NCBI RefSeq assembly: GCF_004765795.1
Contig: NZ_SBIV01000014.1
Location: 1-38,796, forward strand
Source of the DNA: Halorussus marinus
GTDB taxonomy: Archaea; Halobacteriota; Halobacteria; Halobacteriales; Haladaptataceae
DNA length: 38,796 nucleotides
Reading direction: 5' to 3'
The notes below the pieces were generated by a model. That model worked only from the letters and a program-made list of their open reading frames with translations, had not been told where the DNA came from and did no database searches. Positions within the stretch are counted from its first letter, which is position 1. The number at the start of each line of letters is the position of its first letter. The translations under genes and the position numbers were made by a program. Below are positions 9,885 through 18,878 of the stretch, in pieces.

Positions 9885-10235
9885 ATGGACTGCCCCGCGT
9901 GCGGGTCCCCCGTCACCCTCGAGGTCGGACCAGACCGGCCCCTGTCGACGTCGCTGTCCGACGCCGTCCTCGCAGCGGAAGAGGACGAGCAGATCGAGGT
10001 GACCCGCGATTGTTGGGACTGTGGCTGGCACGAAACGCGGGCGCTTCGCGTCGCATCGATCGACAGGACCGCCGGCGACGAGACTGCCGTCGAGCGAGCC
10101 GCACTCATCGACGAGATTGCCGATGAGCTCGCAGCGATCGGCTGTGTGGGTACGCTTGAGGAGACGCTGGCTGCAATCCGTGAGCAACGAGAAACCGACT
10201 CGGCGACGACCGATACGGACGACGCGGCGGAGTGA
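9885..10235 (+). CDS. Zn-ribbon hypothetical protein
   Basis: MDCPACG and CWDCGW, acidic helical tail; alternative start at 9879. Confidence 0.75.
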   Translation: MDCPACGSPVTLEVGPDRPLSTSLSDAVLAAEEDEQIEVTRDCWDCGWHETRALRVASIDRTAGDETAVERAALIDEIADELAAIGCVGTLEETLAAIREQRETDSATTDTDDAAE

Positions 10236-10241
10236 CTCGCA

Positions 10242-10571
10242 ATGCCTGATACAGAGGCCAACTATAATGTTCGTGAGCAAACCGGGAATCCCGAGCACGC
10301 ATCGGTCGACGATGTGGTTGACCTCGTGATCTACCGGGCGCAGAACCCGCGAACCGAGCACGAGGATGCACATTTCGATACGGCGGTCGCGGCTCTCGTC
10401 GACAGATACGGAACGGAGTCGGTCCGGACAGTCATCAACCGCATCCTCGTCGACGACGAGCCGTTCCGGACCGCCACGAACGGCCTTGAGATGCGCAACG
10501 TCGACGGCGTTCGGATCGGAACCGCAGCCAGCTGGTTTCTCGAGGAGCTAAACGCACAGGACGACCACTGA
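10242..10571 (+). CDS. Hypothetical protein
   Basis: 109-aa acidic ORF starting 6 nt after the previous stop. Confidence 0.7.
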   Translation: MPDTEANYNVREQTGNPEHASVDDVVDLVIYRAQNPRTEHEDAHFDTAVAALVDRYGTESVRTVINRILVDDEPFRTATNGLEMRNVDGVRIGTAASWFLEELNAQDDH

Positions 10572-10655
10572 GGGACCGGTTGAAAGGCCGCAGCGACAGG
10601 CCGTCGAGCCCCCATTTTTAACTCCTGTTCGTCCTATCTACCCGTCGAGGCCATA

Positions 10656-10913
10656 ATGGCACCCTCCACCCCGAGAGACTCAGATCCATCCCCCGATCTA
10701 CTCGTTGAAATCGTCGAGACACTGGAAGCCCACGGGCTCCCCACCGACTCGTATCAGCTCCACGACGCTGTTGACGTCGAGGCACTCGAGCAGCTTCTCG
10801 CATCCTCAGCCGGGGACGTGGAAGTCCGGTTCACCGTGGAGGGGATCCAACTCGCCGTCACCCACGACGGCGTCGATGTCCTTCTCGACGAGCCAGCCGG
10901 GGCACCGGATTAG
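10656..10913 (+). CDS. HalOD1 output-domain protein
   Basis: LHDAVDVEALEQLL...VEVRFTVEG...VTHDG is typical of HalOD1; TTTTAA upstream at ~10616-10621. Confidence 0.75.
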   Translation: MAPSTPRDSDPSPDLLVEIVETLEAHGLPTDSYQLHDAVDVEALEQLLASSAGDVEVRFTVEGIQLAVTHDGVDVLLDEPAGAPD

Positions 10914-10948
10914 TAGCGCGATCGAATTCGTCGACAGCGACACTCCCT

Positions 10949-11048
10949 GAAAGCCCTCGGCCGCTCGGCATCCCGCGACCACCGCTGCGCTCCTCGTCCC
11001 TGCGGTGCTTGCGGGGTCGGGGGACGACCGAGGCGGCCTCGCCCTTTC
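10949..11048. repeat. GC-rich long imperfect palindrome (haloarchaeal REP/MITE-like element)
   Basis: GAAAG...CTTTC termini; inner CCCGCGACCACCGC pairs with GCGGTGCTTGCGGG (12/14). Confidence 0.55.
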
Positions 11049-11227
11049 TGAGTCCGCCAGGACGGTGAATGACCATCCGAGCGGCGCAGCCGGGTGGACA
11101 GGTGTGTCCGTACCGGCCCGCCCCGCTCGCCGCTGCCGCCCTCCGCGTCGCTCGCGACCGACCATTCCGGGCTGCCTGCCTGCGGTAGCGGGCGGGCTGC
11201 CGGGCTAAAGTGAATGTGCCCTCGGCG

Positions 11228-11500
11228 CCAGCGGGAAAGCGCGGGGGGTTGCGCGGCGTGGCTGCTCACCCCCCACGCTTTCTCCGCTGGCCGCTCGCTC
11301 CGGGCGGGTCGGCGCGCGGTGCTGGTTGGGGTCGCCGCACTCGGGCGCGCTCTCGCTCGCGCCCGGTAGGGCGCTCGCGAAGGCGCGAGCGAGAGCGCGC
11401 AGTCGGTGCTATCGGTCGTCGACGTCGTCGGAAAACCGCGATGTTAGGGGCATCGCGGTGGCGGCGCACGAGCGCCTTCAGTGGTATCTGGAGGATACCA
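11228..11500 (+). other. Stack of long hairpins upstream of the RPA-like gene, including leader H2
   Basis: Stem 11228-11290; perfect 19-bp IR 11345-11363/11382-11400; ACCGCGATG-TTAGGGG-CATCGCGGT 11435-11459; TGGTATC/GATACCA stem overlapping GGAGG just before the ATG. Confidence 0.75.
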
Positions 11501-12361
11501 ATGTCAAGTAACAACTCGAGTCGCAAGGTCGTTACGGTGGATGAACAGGCATTCGAACGAACCGAAGACGCCGGCGTCGACGAGGACGGCTTCAAGGTCG
11601 TCGACGACAAACCGGAGTTCCGAGCGACGGTTCAGCAGGAAAAGCAGGCGAAGGTGGATTCCAACCACCCAGACGGCATCGTCCAGGACTTCTCGCACCT
11701 GCCCCTCGCGCAGGAAGAGAAGATTCGCGCCCGGGAGGCCGAACTGGACCACATCAGCGCCCAGGCGGAACTCGGCACCCAAGACGGGCGGGCGAAGCGA
11801 ACTCGCAAGGTCGTCACCGAACGGCGACAGCGTAAGCGGGCGGAACGCACCCCGGACCGGACGGATCCGCGAGAGCGTCTCTCCCGGATGGAGCTGGCGA
11901 AGGTGAACCAGGAAGCAGACCGGATGGCACAGCGGCTTCGCACCGGTCACAGTCGGGCGGCCGTCTCGCGGGCGCTCGCAAAGCGGGTCGCCAAGGGGCA
12001 AGACATCACCAAAGCAGTGTTCGACACGATGGATGCACTCAAGGCGGCCCCCGGCGCCATCTGCCCGATCGAGGACGTCCCGGACGTGCAGACGGATGAG
12101 GTGAGCATCGAAGGAGAAGTCGTTCAGCTCTGGGATGCTTCCAGCCGGAAGATCGCTCAAGTGGGCTTGGTCGCGGACGACACCGGGAAAATCAAGTTCA
12201 CCTCGTGGCGAAAATCGGAGCCTGCCTTCGTCCAAGAAGGGGACACCGTCCGAATGCGGGCGGTTAAGAAGAACTGGTACGAGGGACGATGTTCACTCGC
12301 CGTGACCTACGACAGTATGATCGTCTTCCCAGAACGCGACCGCCGCTGGTGGGAGGAGTAG
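11501..12361 (+). CDS. Replication protein A-like ssDNA-binding protein (C-terminal OB fold)
   Basis: VSIEGEVVQLWD...QVGLVADDTGKIKFTSW...VQEGDTVRM OB-fold pattern; ATG 11501 with GGAGG. Confidence 0.85.
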   Translation: MSSNNSSRKVVTVDEQAFERTEDAGVDEDGFKVVDDKPEFRATVQQEKQAKVDSNHPDGIVQDFSHLPLAQEEKIRAREAELDHISAQAELGTQDGRAKRTRKVVTERRQRKRAERTPDRTDPRERLSRMELAKVNQEADRMAQRLRTGHSRAAVSRALAKRVAKGQDITKAVFDTMDALKAAPGAICPIEDVPDVQTDEVSIEGEVVQLWDASSRKIAQVGLVADDTGKIKFTSWRKSEPAFVQEGDTVRMRAVKKNWYEGRCSLAVTYDSMIVFPERDRRWWEE

Positions 12362-12382
12362 GGGCAACGCCCTTTCTTTTTT
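12362..12382 (+). terminator. Probable terminator (short hairpin plus T-tract)
   Basis: GGGC-AAC-GCCC followed by TTTCTTTTTT directly after the stop codon. Confidence 0.6.
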
Positions 12383-12592
12383 CGTGAGTGCCGGACCGGC
12401 CCAGGCCCCACCGCCCCACCCACCGCTCCGTGCTCGCTCCCGCTGGTCGCTGCGCGCGCAGCCACAACCTCAAGAACCGAGCTGAGATGTATGTCAGAAT
12501 TCGGGAATTCGCTAACCGCGTGTATCCGTCCGAAATAAAAAGCAACTACCGCCTAGAGAGGTTTTTAGGCTGACTAGAAACATAGAGGGAAT

Positions 12593-13930
12593 ATGGTTAA
12601 ATCGGGAGACGTGGATCAGCGGTGGCAGGATCTATTGCGTAATCCACGAGAAGAGGTCCATCGTGAAATCAAAAGCTGGCTTGATCTGTCTGATAATGTG
12701 GACAAGGCAAACGTAGCAAAAGCGATGCTCGCATTAGCGAATTCTGGTGGGGGTCAGATTTTGATTGGATATGAGGAGGTCGGTGAATCATGGGAACCGG
12801 ATCCATCTCGACCACATCCGATTGACCACTACGATCAAGATACGATTAATGGGATCGTTGAGAAGTTTGCTGAGCCCCAGTTTCACTGTGAAGTATACCA
12901 TATTGAACATCCAGAATCTGGTGAAGTCTTTCCAATTATCGATGTACCGGGAGACCATCGGGTGCCGATTCGATCAGACAGTGCTGGCCCTGAAGACCAA
13001 CACGTTACCTACAACACATATTATATTAGGCGGCCAGGGCCAGAAAGTGCAGCACCGAAGACAGGACGTGAGTGGGACGAATTGATTCGGCGGTGTGTCA
13101 CTGCCTCACGTGATGATCTGTTAGATCGAATGCGAACCGTACTGACGGGGTTCGAAAAAGGAGCAAGTGAAGAAGAGATTGATCCGCTGGATCAGCTTGC
13201 TTCGTGGACTGAGGCTATGCGGGAAGACTGGGAAGCCAACGTGATGGACGAGTACGGAAATATGGATAATTCACCCTATCGTCACGGGTACTGGTCATTT
13301 GCTTACAGTCTGGATTCTGAGTTTGATCAGCCATCTCTCTCTGAGTTCTTAGATCTACTACGGGAGGTGAAAGGTCATGAAACGGGGTGGCCGGCGTGGC
13401 TGATCAGCGAGGATCAGGTACATCCCCGCGATGAGACAATCGAAGGGTGGTATACCGGCGGAACATTCGATGACCCAGCGCACGCAGACTACTGGCGTGC
13501 ATCCCCAGACGGGATGCTGTTCTTGCTTCGTGGCTATCAGGAAGACAGCAAAGATGAACTTGAGCCAGGTACAGTTTTGGATTATATTCTCCCAATCTGG
13601 CGAGTCGGTGAATGCTTGCTACATGCGAAGCGGTTGGGGCGAGAACTCGGTGAGGAAAACACGTCGGTCACCGTGCAAGCCCGATGGACGGGACTAGAGG
13701 GACGAACACTGGGCTCAATTGAAAATCGCCGTGGACTTTTCCCTCCGATTGAAAGAGAATCACATCAAGCGACAGTTACGGCCAGTCAACGCTTCACTGT
13801 TCAAGATTTTGAAGACGCTCTACCGGAAGTGGTTGAGACCTTGACCCAACCGCTATACCAGATCTTTGATTTCTACGAGCCGCCATCCGATCTAATCCAG
13901 AATGAGCTGGACCGGATGCAAAGCCAGTAA
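12593..13930 (+). CDS. Schlafen/AlbA_2-domain protein
   Basis: N-terminal E..HREIKS...AKAMLALANSGGGQILIG AlbA_2 motif; lower GC; TTTTTA about 28 nt upstream (leaderless). Confidence 0.85.
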   Translation: MVKSGDVDQRWQDLLRNPREEVHREIKSWLDLSDNVDKANVAKAMLALANSGGGQILIGYEEVGESWEPDPSRPHPIDHYDQDTINGIVEKFAEPQFHCEVYHIEHPESGEVFPIIDVPGDHRVPIRSDSAGPEDQHVTYNTYYIRRPGPESAAPKTGREWDELIRRCVTASRDDLLDRMRTVLTGFEKGASEEEIDPLDQLASWTEAMREDWEANVMDEYGNMDNSPYRHGYWSFAYSLDSEFDQPSLSEFLDLLREVKGHETGWPAWLISEDQVHPRDETIEGWYTGGTFDDPAHADYWRASPDGMLFLLRGYQEDSKDELEPGTVLDYILPIWRVGECLLHAKRLGRELGEENTSVTVQARWTGLEGRTLGSIENRRGLFPPIERESHQATVTASQRFTVQDFEDALPEVVETLTQPLYQIFDFYEPPSDLIQNELDRMQSQ

Positions 13931-13935
13931 CAACG

Positions 13936-14685
13936 CTACTCTAGATGTTCATCCAATTCCCACGCACCTTCATCATCGTAATAGAAACCGGGATGATATC
14001 CGAACTGAGAGTTTGATAATGGTCGGAAAAGCGGTGTGAGTTGGTCACGGATACCGTCTTCATCGGACAGACTGAGAGGTGTGAGGCGCGAGGTGCGGTT
14101 AGGTTCAGGAAATGCTTCAACCCGGTCAACCTGCCGATGTTGGTCTATTGTCGCGTTCGTGAGATTTGTCCCACTGAGGATTGCATACACCTTCTCGCTG
14201 TGTTCATCAGGAAGGACGTCACGATAGAACTGGAGGACGGTGACGAGACTTAATTCAAGATCCTGTGAACTGACTGCATAGTCACAGTCGTATGAATGAC
14301 CGGTTGGATAGCAGAGCCCGCTCCCCCGGGCCTCATATATGCCAGTATCATACAGAGTTGCCACTGAACTCAGGTCTTTTCGATTCTCGTAGCGAGCGAC
14401 AATATGGTTCCATGTCGGATCCGCGTGTTCAAACAGTCTATCGGGCCGAAACGATGGTCGACACGTCGCGGGAACAGGCAGTTCCTCAAGTTCTGTGATA
14501 TCGACAAGACGCGATCCATCAAGAGCACTTTCAGGAACAATATGGAACAAGAGCTGTGGAATTGCATCCTCTGAATTAAGCATATCGAAGCGCTGAAGGT
14601 GGTATTCGCGATATAATGTCGACCGATCAACCGCCGGATATTCACGGTTGAGTTCATGGAGACGCCGAAGATGTGAATCACTCAT
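13936..14685 (-). CDS. Hypothetical protein resembling C-terminal domains of AlbA_2 proteins
   Basis: 249-aa lower-GC ORF with GGTGAGAGGGGG SD and ATATTTAT upstream; LLFHIVPESAL...GIYE...LFRPL pattern. Confidence 0.6.
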   Translation of the reverse strand: MSDSHLRRLHELNREYPAVDRSTLYREYHLQRFDMLNSEDAIPQLLFHIVPESALDGSRLVDITELEELPVPATCRPSFRPDRLFEHADPTWNHIVARYENRKDLSSVATLYDTGIYEARGSGLCYPTGHSYDCDYAVSSQDLELSLVTVLQFYRDVLPDEHSEKVYAILSGTNLTNATIDQHRQVDRVEAFPEPNRTSRLTPLSLSDEDGIRDQLTPLFRPLSNSQFGYHPGFYYDDEGAWELDEHLE

Positions 14686-14839
14686 ATGCTCCCCCTCTCA
14701 CCTTAGATAAATATGTATTCGGTCCCCTGTTGTGGCCTTGAGTGCCGCCCCAGTTCCTGCATAGCCAGTTCATTGGTATAAGAATCAGACTCGGTCGCTG
14801 TACGCCATCGGTTCCGAGATATCTGAACCGTCTTGTAGA

Positions 14840-14890
14840 GGTTTATTCCACCCATAATGGGTGAAGGATTCGCTGTACTGGCGAGTTCCT
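14840..14890 (+). promoter_or_regulatory. Leader H3 (divergent family member) upstream of tfb
   Basis: GGTTTATT, CACCCA-TAA-TGGGTG, then a second hairpin AGGATTCGCT/GGCGAGTTCCT. Confidence 0.45.
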
Positions 14891-14906
14891 GAACATGGTG
14901 AGAACG

Positions 14907-15827
14907 ATGACTACCAGAGACATCTACGAAACTGGCTTCGACGAAGACGTCCAAACAGAGTCGAGCGCTACCCAGTGTCCAGAGTGTGACGGCCGGGTCA
15001 CTACGAATGCGGTCGAAACGATCTGCGAGGACTGTGGACTTGTTATCGAGGAACAACGTATCGATCACGGGCCGGAGTGGCGGGCGTACGATGCAGACGA
15101 GCGCGAGCGAACAGGCGCACCACTCACTACAGCCCGTCACGATCGAGGCATCTCGACCGAGATCGGCCACGGAACCGACGCACACGGGAACGAACTCTCT
15201 GGTCAGAAACGCCGGCAGCTGGCCCGGATGCGACGTGAGCAGACCCGTGGTCGCTGGCGGTCCAAAGCGGAACGGAATCTCGCACACGGGTTGGGCGAGG
15301 TACGCCGGCTGGCGAGTGCGCTCGAGCTCTCTGAGTCGATTCGTGACCAGGCGTGCCAGCTCTTCCGGAGCGCTCAGAGCGAGGATCTGCTTCGAGGCAG
15401 ATCCATCGAAGCCATCGGTGCAGCGAGTATCTACGGTACCTGTCGATGTAACCAACACCCGCTTCTCCTCGAGGATGTCGTCGACGCCGCCCGAGTCGAG
15501 TCCGCTCGTGTCACCAACGCCTACCGAACACTGAATCGCGAATTAGAGCTCCCAGCACCACCAATGCGCCCGACGTCGTTCATTCCACGCCTGATCTCGG
15601 CGCTGGAGTTAGACCACGACATTCGTCGGCGCGCGAACGAACTCGCAGAACGCGCCGAGGGGACAACCCTCACGAACGGCTGTCAGCCATCGGGCGTCGC
15701 GGCCGCCTGTGTCTATCTGGCTGCCCAAGAGCAGGGCGCGTTGATTACCCAATCCACCGTCGCGTCGGCAGCAGAGGTGTCAGTCGTGACGCTCCGAAGC
15801 CGGCGAGACGAACTCCAAGCGATCTGA
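14907..15827 (+). CDS. tfb: Transcription initiation factor IIB paralogue
   Basis: Zn ribbon CPEC...CEDCGLV, IDHGPEWRAY, two cyclin repeats (LLRGRSIE; PSGVAAACVY); GGTGA SD before ATG 14907. Confidence 0.95.
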   Translation: MTTRDIYETGFDEDVQTESSATQCPECDGRVTTNAVETICEDCGLVIEEQRIDHGPEWRAYDADERERTGAPLTTARHDRGISTEIGHGTDAHGNELSGQKRRQLARMRREQTRGRWRSKAERNLAHGLGEVRRLASALELSESIRDQACQLFRSAQSEDLLRGRSIEAIGAASIYGTCRCNQHPLLLEDVVDAARVESARVTNAYRTLNRELELPAPPMRPTSFIPRLISALELDHDIRRRANELAERAEGTTLTNGCQPSGVAAACVYLAAQEQGALITQSTVASAAEVSVVTLRSRRDELQAI

Positions 15828-15880
15828 GACGCCTCCGGTAGAGGAATACCTACATACAGGCAGAGAGTCTACAAGGGGGT

Positions 15881-15985
15881 ATGGATCTGGACGAGACTGT
15901 CGAGTATCTGTCGACAGAACTCGATATCGAGCGGAGTGAGCACGTTCGCGAGGTCGGTCGAGCGGTCGCCGAGCTCCGTGACTGA
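15881..15985 (+). CDS. Candidate 34-aa small protein (not in the ORF track)
   Basis: MDLDETVEYLSTELDIERSEHVREVGRAVAELRD; acidic; TACATA about 28 nt upstream. Confidence 0.4.
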   Translation: MDLDETVEYLSTELDIERSEHVREVGRAVAELRD

Positions 15986-16090
15986 ATCGGTCTCAGGCGG
16001 TCAGATTTATCCCGTCGTCGCCGAATCCGTCCCCGCATTTTCTCACCCCTGAGTTTAAATACCAAACCGGGGGAAACGCGGAGCGAATCG

Positions 16091-16960
16091 ATGACTGACC
16101 ACAACTCAGACCGAGAGGCGTTCCAACCTGTCGGGGAGGGCGCTCTGGTGCCGGACCCAGCGCTGGATCAGCCAGCAGACGGCCAGCCAAGCCGCCAGCG
16201 TGAAGCCTCGCATTCGGGTGGGTATCCGGACGGAACAACCGACACAGACCGATCCTGTGTCTCCTGTGGCGCATCGATCCCGGCGTCGCAACGAAAATGC
16301 CGGTTCTGTCTCGAACACGAACTTGACGGCGCGTCGGAGTCGGGTGCTGCGAGTTCCGAGCAGACACTGCGTGGTGTGATCCACTTCCTCGTCGAATCGG
16401 GGACGTTCTACGGCGCCGTGGCAAGGGGAGCAGCAGCAGCGACACTTCTCTCGTCAGGTCACGACCAGCCCATCGACGACTGTACGCTCATCTACGATCT
16501 CGACGACGAGCCCGCACCCCAGCTAACCGAGCGCTGGCCTACGCTCCCCGCTGCTACTGAGGTGACCGCAGCGGCTGGCGACGCGTTACTAACAGCGGCC
16601 CGTGAGCGGACAGCGTGGAACGAGAGGAGCGATCGTTCTCAGACGGAGATTCCACGCGTCTATGACGAGCGTGGCCAGGGAATTCGCGATGAGTCGTCCC
16701 TCGAGCACACGCTCGACGACAGCGATCAGCTGTGGATCGTCCCAGCAATCGCTGTGGAAACAGTACCCCGCGAAACGAAATCCTCCAGTACCAGAGCTGA
16801 AATCCCGACCGTAACAGCCCTCGAGTGCCAGCACTGTACGAAAGAAACAGAACATCGCTTCAGTACACGCGAGTCGCTCCCTGACGAGACCTGGACGGGC
16901 CAACCAATCTGGGAGTGCCAAGTGTGTGGCACAGGTCGCTACGGGCCTGCTCCCGAATAG
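16091..16960 (+). CDS. Hypothetical protein with N- and C-terminal Zn fingers
   Basis: CVSC...CRFC and CQHC...CQVC; TTTAAATA at ~16054-16061. Confidence 0.8.
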   Translation: MTDHNSDREAFQPVGEGALVPDPALDQPADGQPSRQREASHSGGYPDGTTDTDRSCVSCGASIPASQRKCRFCLEHELDGASESGAASSEQTLRGVIHFLVESGTFYGAVARGAAAATLLSSGHDQPIDDCTLIYDLDDEPAPQLTERWPTLPAATEVTAAAGDALLTAARERTAWNERSDRSQTEIPRVYDERGQGIRDESSLEHTLDDSDQLWIVPAIAVETVPRETKSSSTRAEIPTVTALECQHCTKETEHRFSTRESLPDETWTGQPIWECQVCGTGRYGPAPE

Positions 16961-16972
16961 GGCAGTAGGAAT

Positions 16973-17030
16973 CTCACCGTTTAACCAACAGTCTCCGATG
17001 GAGATGGCTTCTGTTGGTTAACACGGTGAG
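16973..17030. repeat. Inverted repeat TTAACCAACA-N21-TGTTGGTTAA, copy 1 (extended to 19 bp)
   Basis: CTCACCGT-TTAACCAACAG ... CTGTTGGTTAA-C-ACGGTGAG. Confidence 0.8.
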
Positions 17031-17050
17031 TACCCGCAAGTCCGACGTCA

Positions 17051-17214
17051 GTCATAGCGGGCGTTCATTCGGCAGGTTCGCAGCGGCCTGTCTCTACAAA
17101 GCGGGGCGGGAACAGGGGGTGTGGGTAACGCACCGTGACATCGCCAAGTCCGGAAACGTCACGCCGACCACGGCCTGGACGCATCACCAGAGGTTCGATG
17201 AACTCGCTGTCTAG
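17051..17214 (+). pseudogene. tfb: Frameshifted C-terminal fragment of a second TFB
   Basis: VIAGVHSAG / FAAACLYKAGREQGVWVTHRDIAK...VTPTT aligns with PSGVAAACVYLAAQEQGALITQSTVA...VSVVT of the intact TFB; frame change near 17076; no 5' part. Confidence 0.75.
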
Positions 17215-17699
17215 ACGGGCCAGGTAGGGAGCGAGGGCGCTCCATTCTTCCAGTGGATCGCATCTAGCGCGGGCGGGAACTGCTGTAGTCGGTCATCGAG
17301 GACGGCGAGTGGGTGCGCATCGAGAAACGTCGCCTTGTGCCGATCAACCGGCGTGTCTTCGTGATTGAGTTGGATATGACAGGGCCCAAGGTCCGGATGG
17401 TCGGCATCTTGGTGGAATCCGAGCATCAGATTTCGGTCCGGTTCGACCCAGTTTATGCGGTAGTATTCGTGGTCGACGCCGGCGGGGTACCAGAAGCGAA
17501 TCTCCAGTCGTGCTGTCGCCGCGTCGTACGAGTCACTCAGGAACGTCGTCGGATCGACACCCGCGATGACGTACCGGGGTCGGCGTCGAGACGGGCGATA
17601 GCGGACCTCTTCACACCCTGGCTGGTTCGTCAATCGGTCGTGAACGTCGCGGAGGAGGGTCCGCTGTGTATAGCGGTCGCGACCGGCAAGAAAGATCAT
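17211..17699 (-). CDS. Putative toxin/partner of a haloarchaeal wHTH two-gene module
   Basis: 162 aa, co-oriented downstream of the wHTH gene; YRINW...GFHQD..HP..GPCH motif, reminiscent of TumE-like proteins. Confidence 0.6.
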   Translation of the reverse strand: MIFLAGRDRYTQRTLLRDVHDRLTNQPGCEEVRYRPSRRRPRYVIAGVDPTTFLSDSYDAATARLEIRFWYPAGVDHEYYRINWVEPDRNLMLGFHQDADHPDLGPCHIQLNHEDTPVDRHKATFLDAHPLAVLDDRLQQFPPALDAIHWKNGAPSLPTWPV

Positions 17700-17716
17700 T
17701 CTGTGAGAGAGGAGGG

Positions 17717-18268
17717 TTAGCTCGTGGCGCGGTCAGCCACGTCGGTCATCTGCTCGCGGGCAGCTTCGACGTCGGAGTAGAGTTCCAGTGCGTGCTTGAT
17801 GAGGCGGCGATCCTCCTCGTTCTCACGCCAGAACGCGATGACGTCGCGGCGGTCCCGGAGCTCCGCACTTGTGAGGTCGCCGTCGGCGAGCGACTGTTCA
17901 AGCTCTTCCCACGTCTCGACGTCGTAGGTCGCCTGCCACTCCTCGATCTCCTCGGTAATCGCGGCCAATTCACTCCGCAGCTCCTCGCGGGTATTTTCCT
18001 CGATGAGCGTGCGGATCTCCTCGAAGAGCAGTCGCGTGTAGTCCGGTTGGTAGCGCGTCGTCTCGCCGGCCTCGACGCGACGCAACTGGCCCTGGTCGAC
18101 GAGGTCCTGAAGTTCCTCGTTGGTCGTGCTCCAGGCGGCGTCGGCCTGCTCGCTGATCCAGTTAACTGAGCGGGGTTCGCGAAGTGACTCGGCGACCGCC
18201 CGAATGCGGTCGCGGGCGCTCATCGACTCAGTCCACGATTGGACCCCATCTCGCGAGGATTCGGTCAT
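17717..18268 (-). CDS. Winged-helix regulator / putative antitoxin
   Basis: RIRAVAESLREPRSVNWISEQADAAWSTTNEELQDL wHTH plus coiled coil; GAGGTG SD before ATG 18268. Confidence 0.75.
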   Translation of the reverse strand: MTESSRDGVQSWTESMSARDRIRAVAESLREPRSVNWISEQADAAWSTTNEELQDLVDQGQLRRVEAGETTRYQPDYTRLLFEEIRTLIEENTREELRSELAAITEEIEEWQATYDVETWEELEQSLADGDLTSAELRDRRDVIAFWRENEEDRRLIKHALELYSDVEAAREQMTDVADRATS

Positions 18269-18403
18269 GGTTGGCACCTCTTGGGACAGTGTTCGCGCCC
18301 TACTCCCATATATGTTTGTACTGTCTCGCATAATCAAGAATGCCTTGCGGGCGAAGGCGTCCGGACGTTGAAATGCGATACCGACAGAAGGTATGGCCAA
18401 CCG

Positions 18404-18575
18404 ATGTACGACCGATATTCTGACGTTGAGGAACTACGGCCGACCGGCGAGGCATCCCACAGCCCGGACACAATGTTGGACGACGGGTGTGAGAGTGACC
18501 TCCTGGCGGCAACGCGTCGCGACGAGCACTGGTGGCGACCTGATGCGACGACGACAGTCACGTGGAGTGTCTATC
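18404..18575 (+). pseudogene. Degenerate N-terminal paralogue of the 16091-16960 Zn-finger gene
   Basis: EELRPTGEA vs EAFQPVGEG; after a frameshift RQRVATSTGG vs RQREASHSGG; ECLS vs SCVS. Confidence 0.55.
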
Positions 18576-18603
18576 CGCGCCGGCGAGTGGTGAGGCGCTA
18601 CCG

Positions 18604-18792
18604 ATGAATCAGCAAGTCGAACAGGGCTACTGGATGCATCGTGTACTCAGCAATCTCAGCCGCCTCGACGTCGAGCGGTTGGACGACGCGGATCGAGAGC
18701 GAGTCGAGACTGCAAGAGACCTCCTGGAAGAAGTGAGCCTACTCACGGGACCAGAGGACGGGAGCGGACCAGACGCCCCAACAGACGACTGA
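18604..18792 (+). CDS. Small hypothetical protein
   Basis: 62 aa from ATG 18604 with GGTGAGG SD. Confidence 0.6.
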   Translation: MNQQVEQGYWMHRVLSNLSRLDVERLDDADRERVETARDLLEEVSLLTGPEDGSGPDAPTDD

Positions 18793-18830
18793 TCGTCATC
18801 GCCGTCGACGCCAGGGGCACTTCCAGTGTC

Positions 18831-18868
18831 GGTTTATCGCCCCCCAAGAGGGGTGCGGGGCTTCCCGC
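18831..18868 (+). promoter_or_regulatory. Conserved-loop hairpin leader H4
   Basis: GGTTTATC, GCCCC, AGAGGGGTG (18847-18855), GGGGC; alternative stem GCGGG/CCCGC. Confidence 0.75.
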
Positions 18869-18878
18869 GAGTCCAGAC

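Noticed and set aside
11210..11500. Arg-rich N-terminal extension of RPA (likewise extensions at 20765, 25299, 26057, 28702, 28779)
   Set aside because: Basic low-complexity translations of GC-rich non-coding or other-frame DNA; downstream starts have SD or TATA support.
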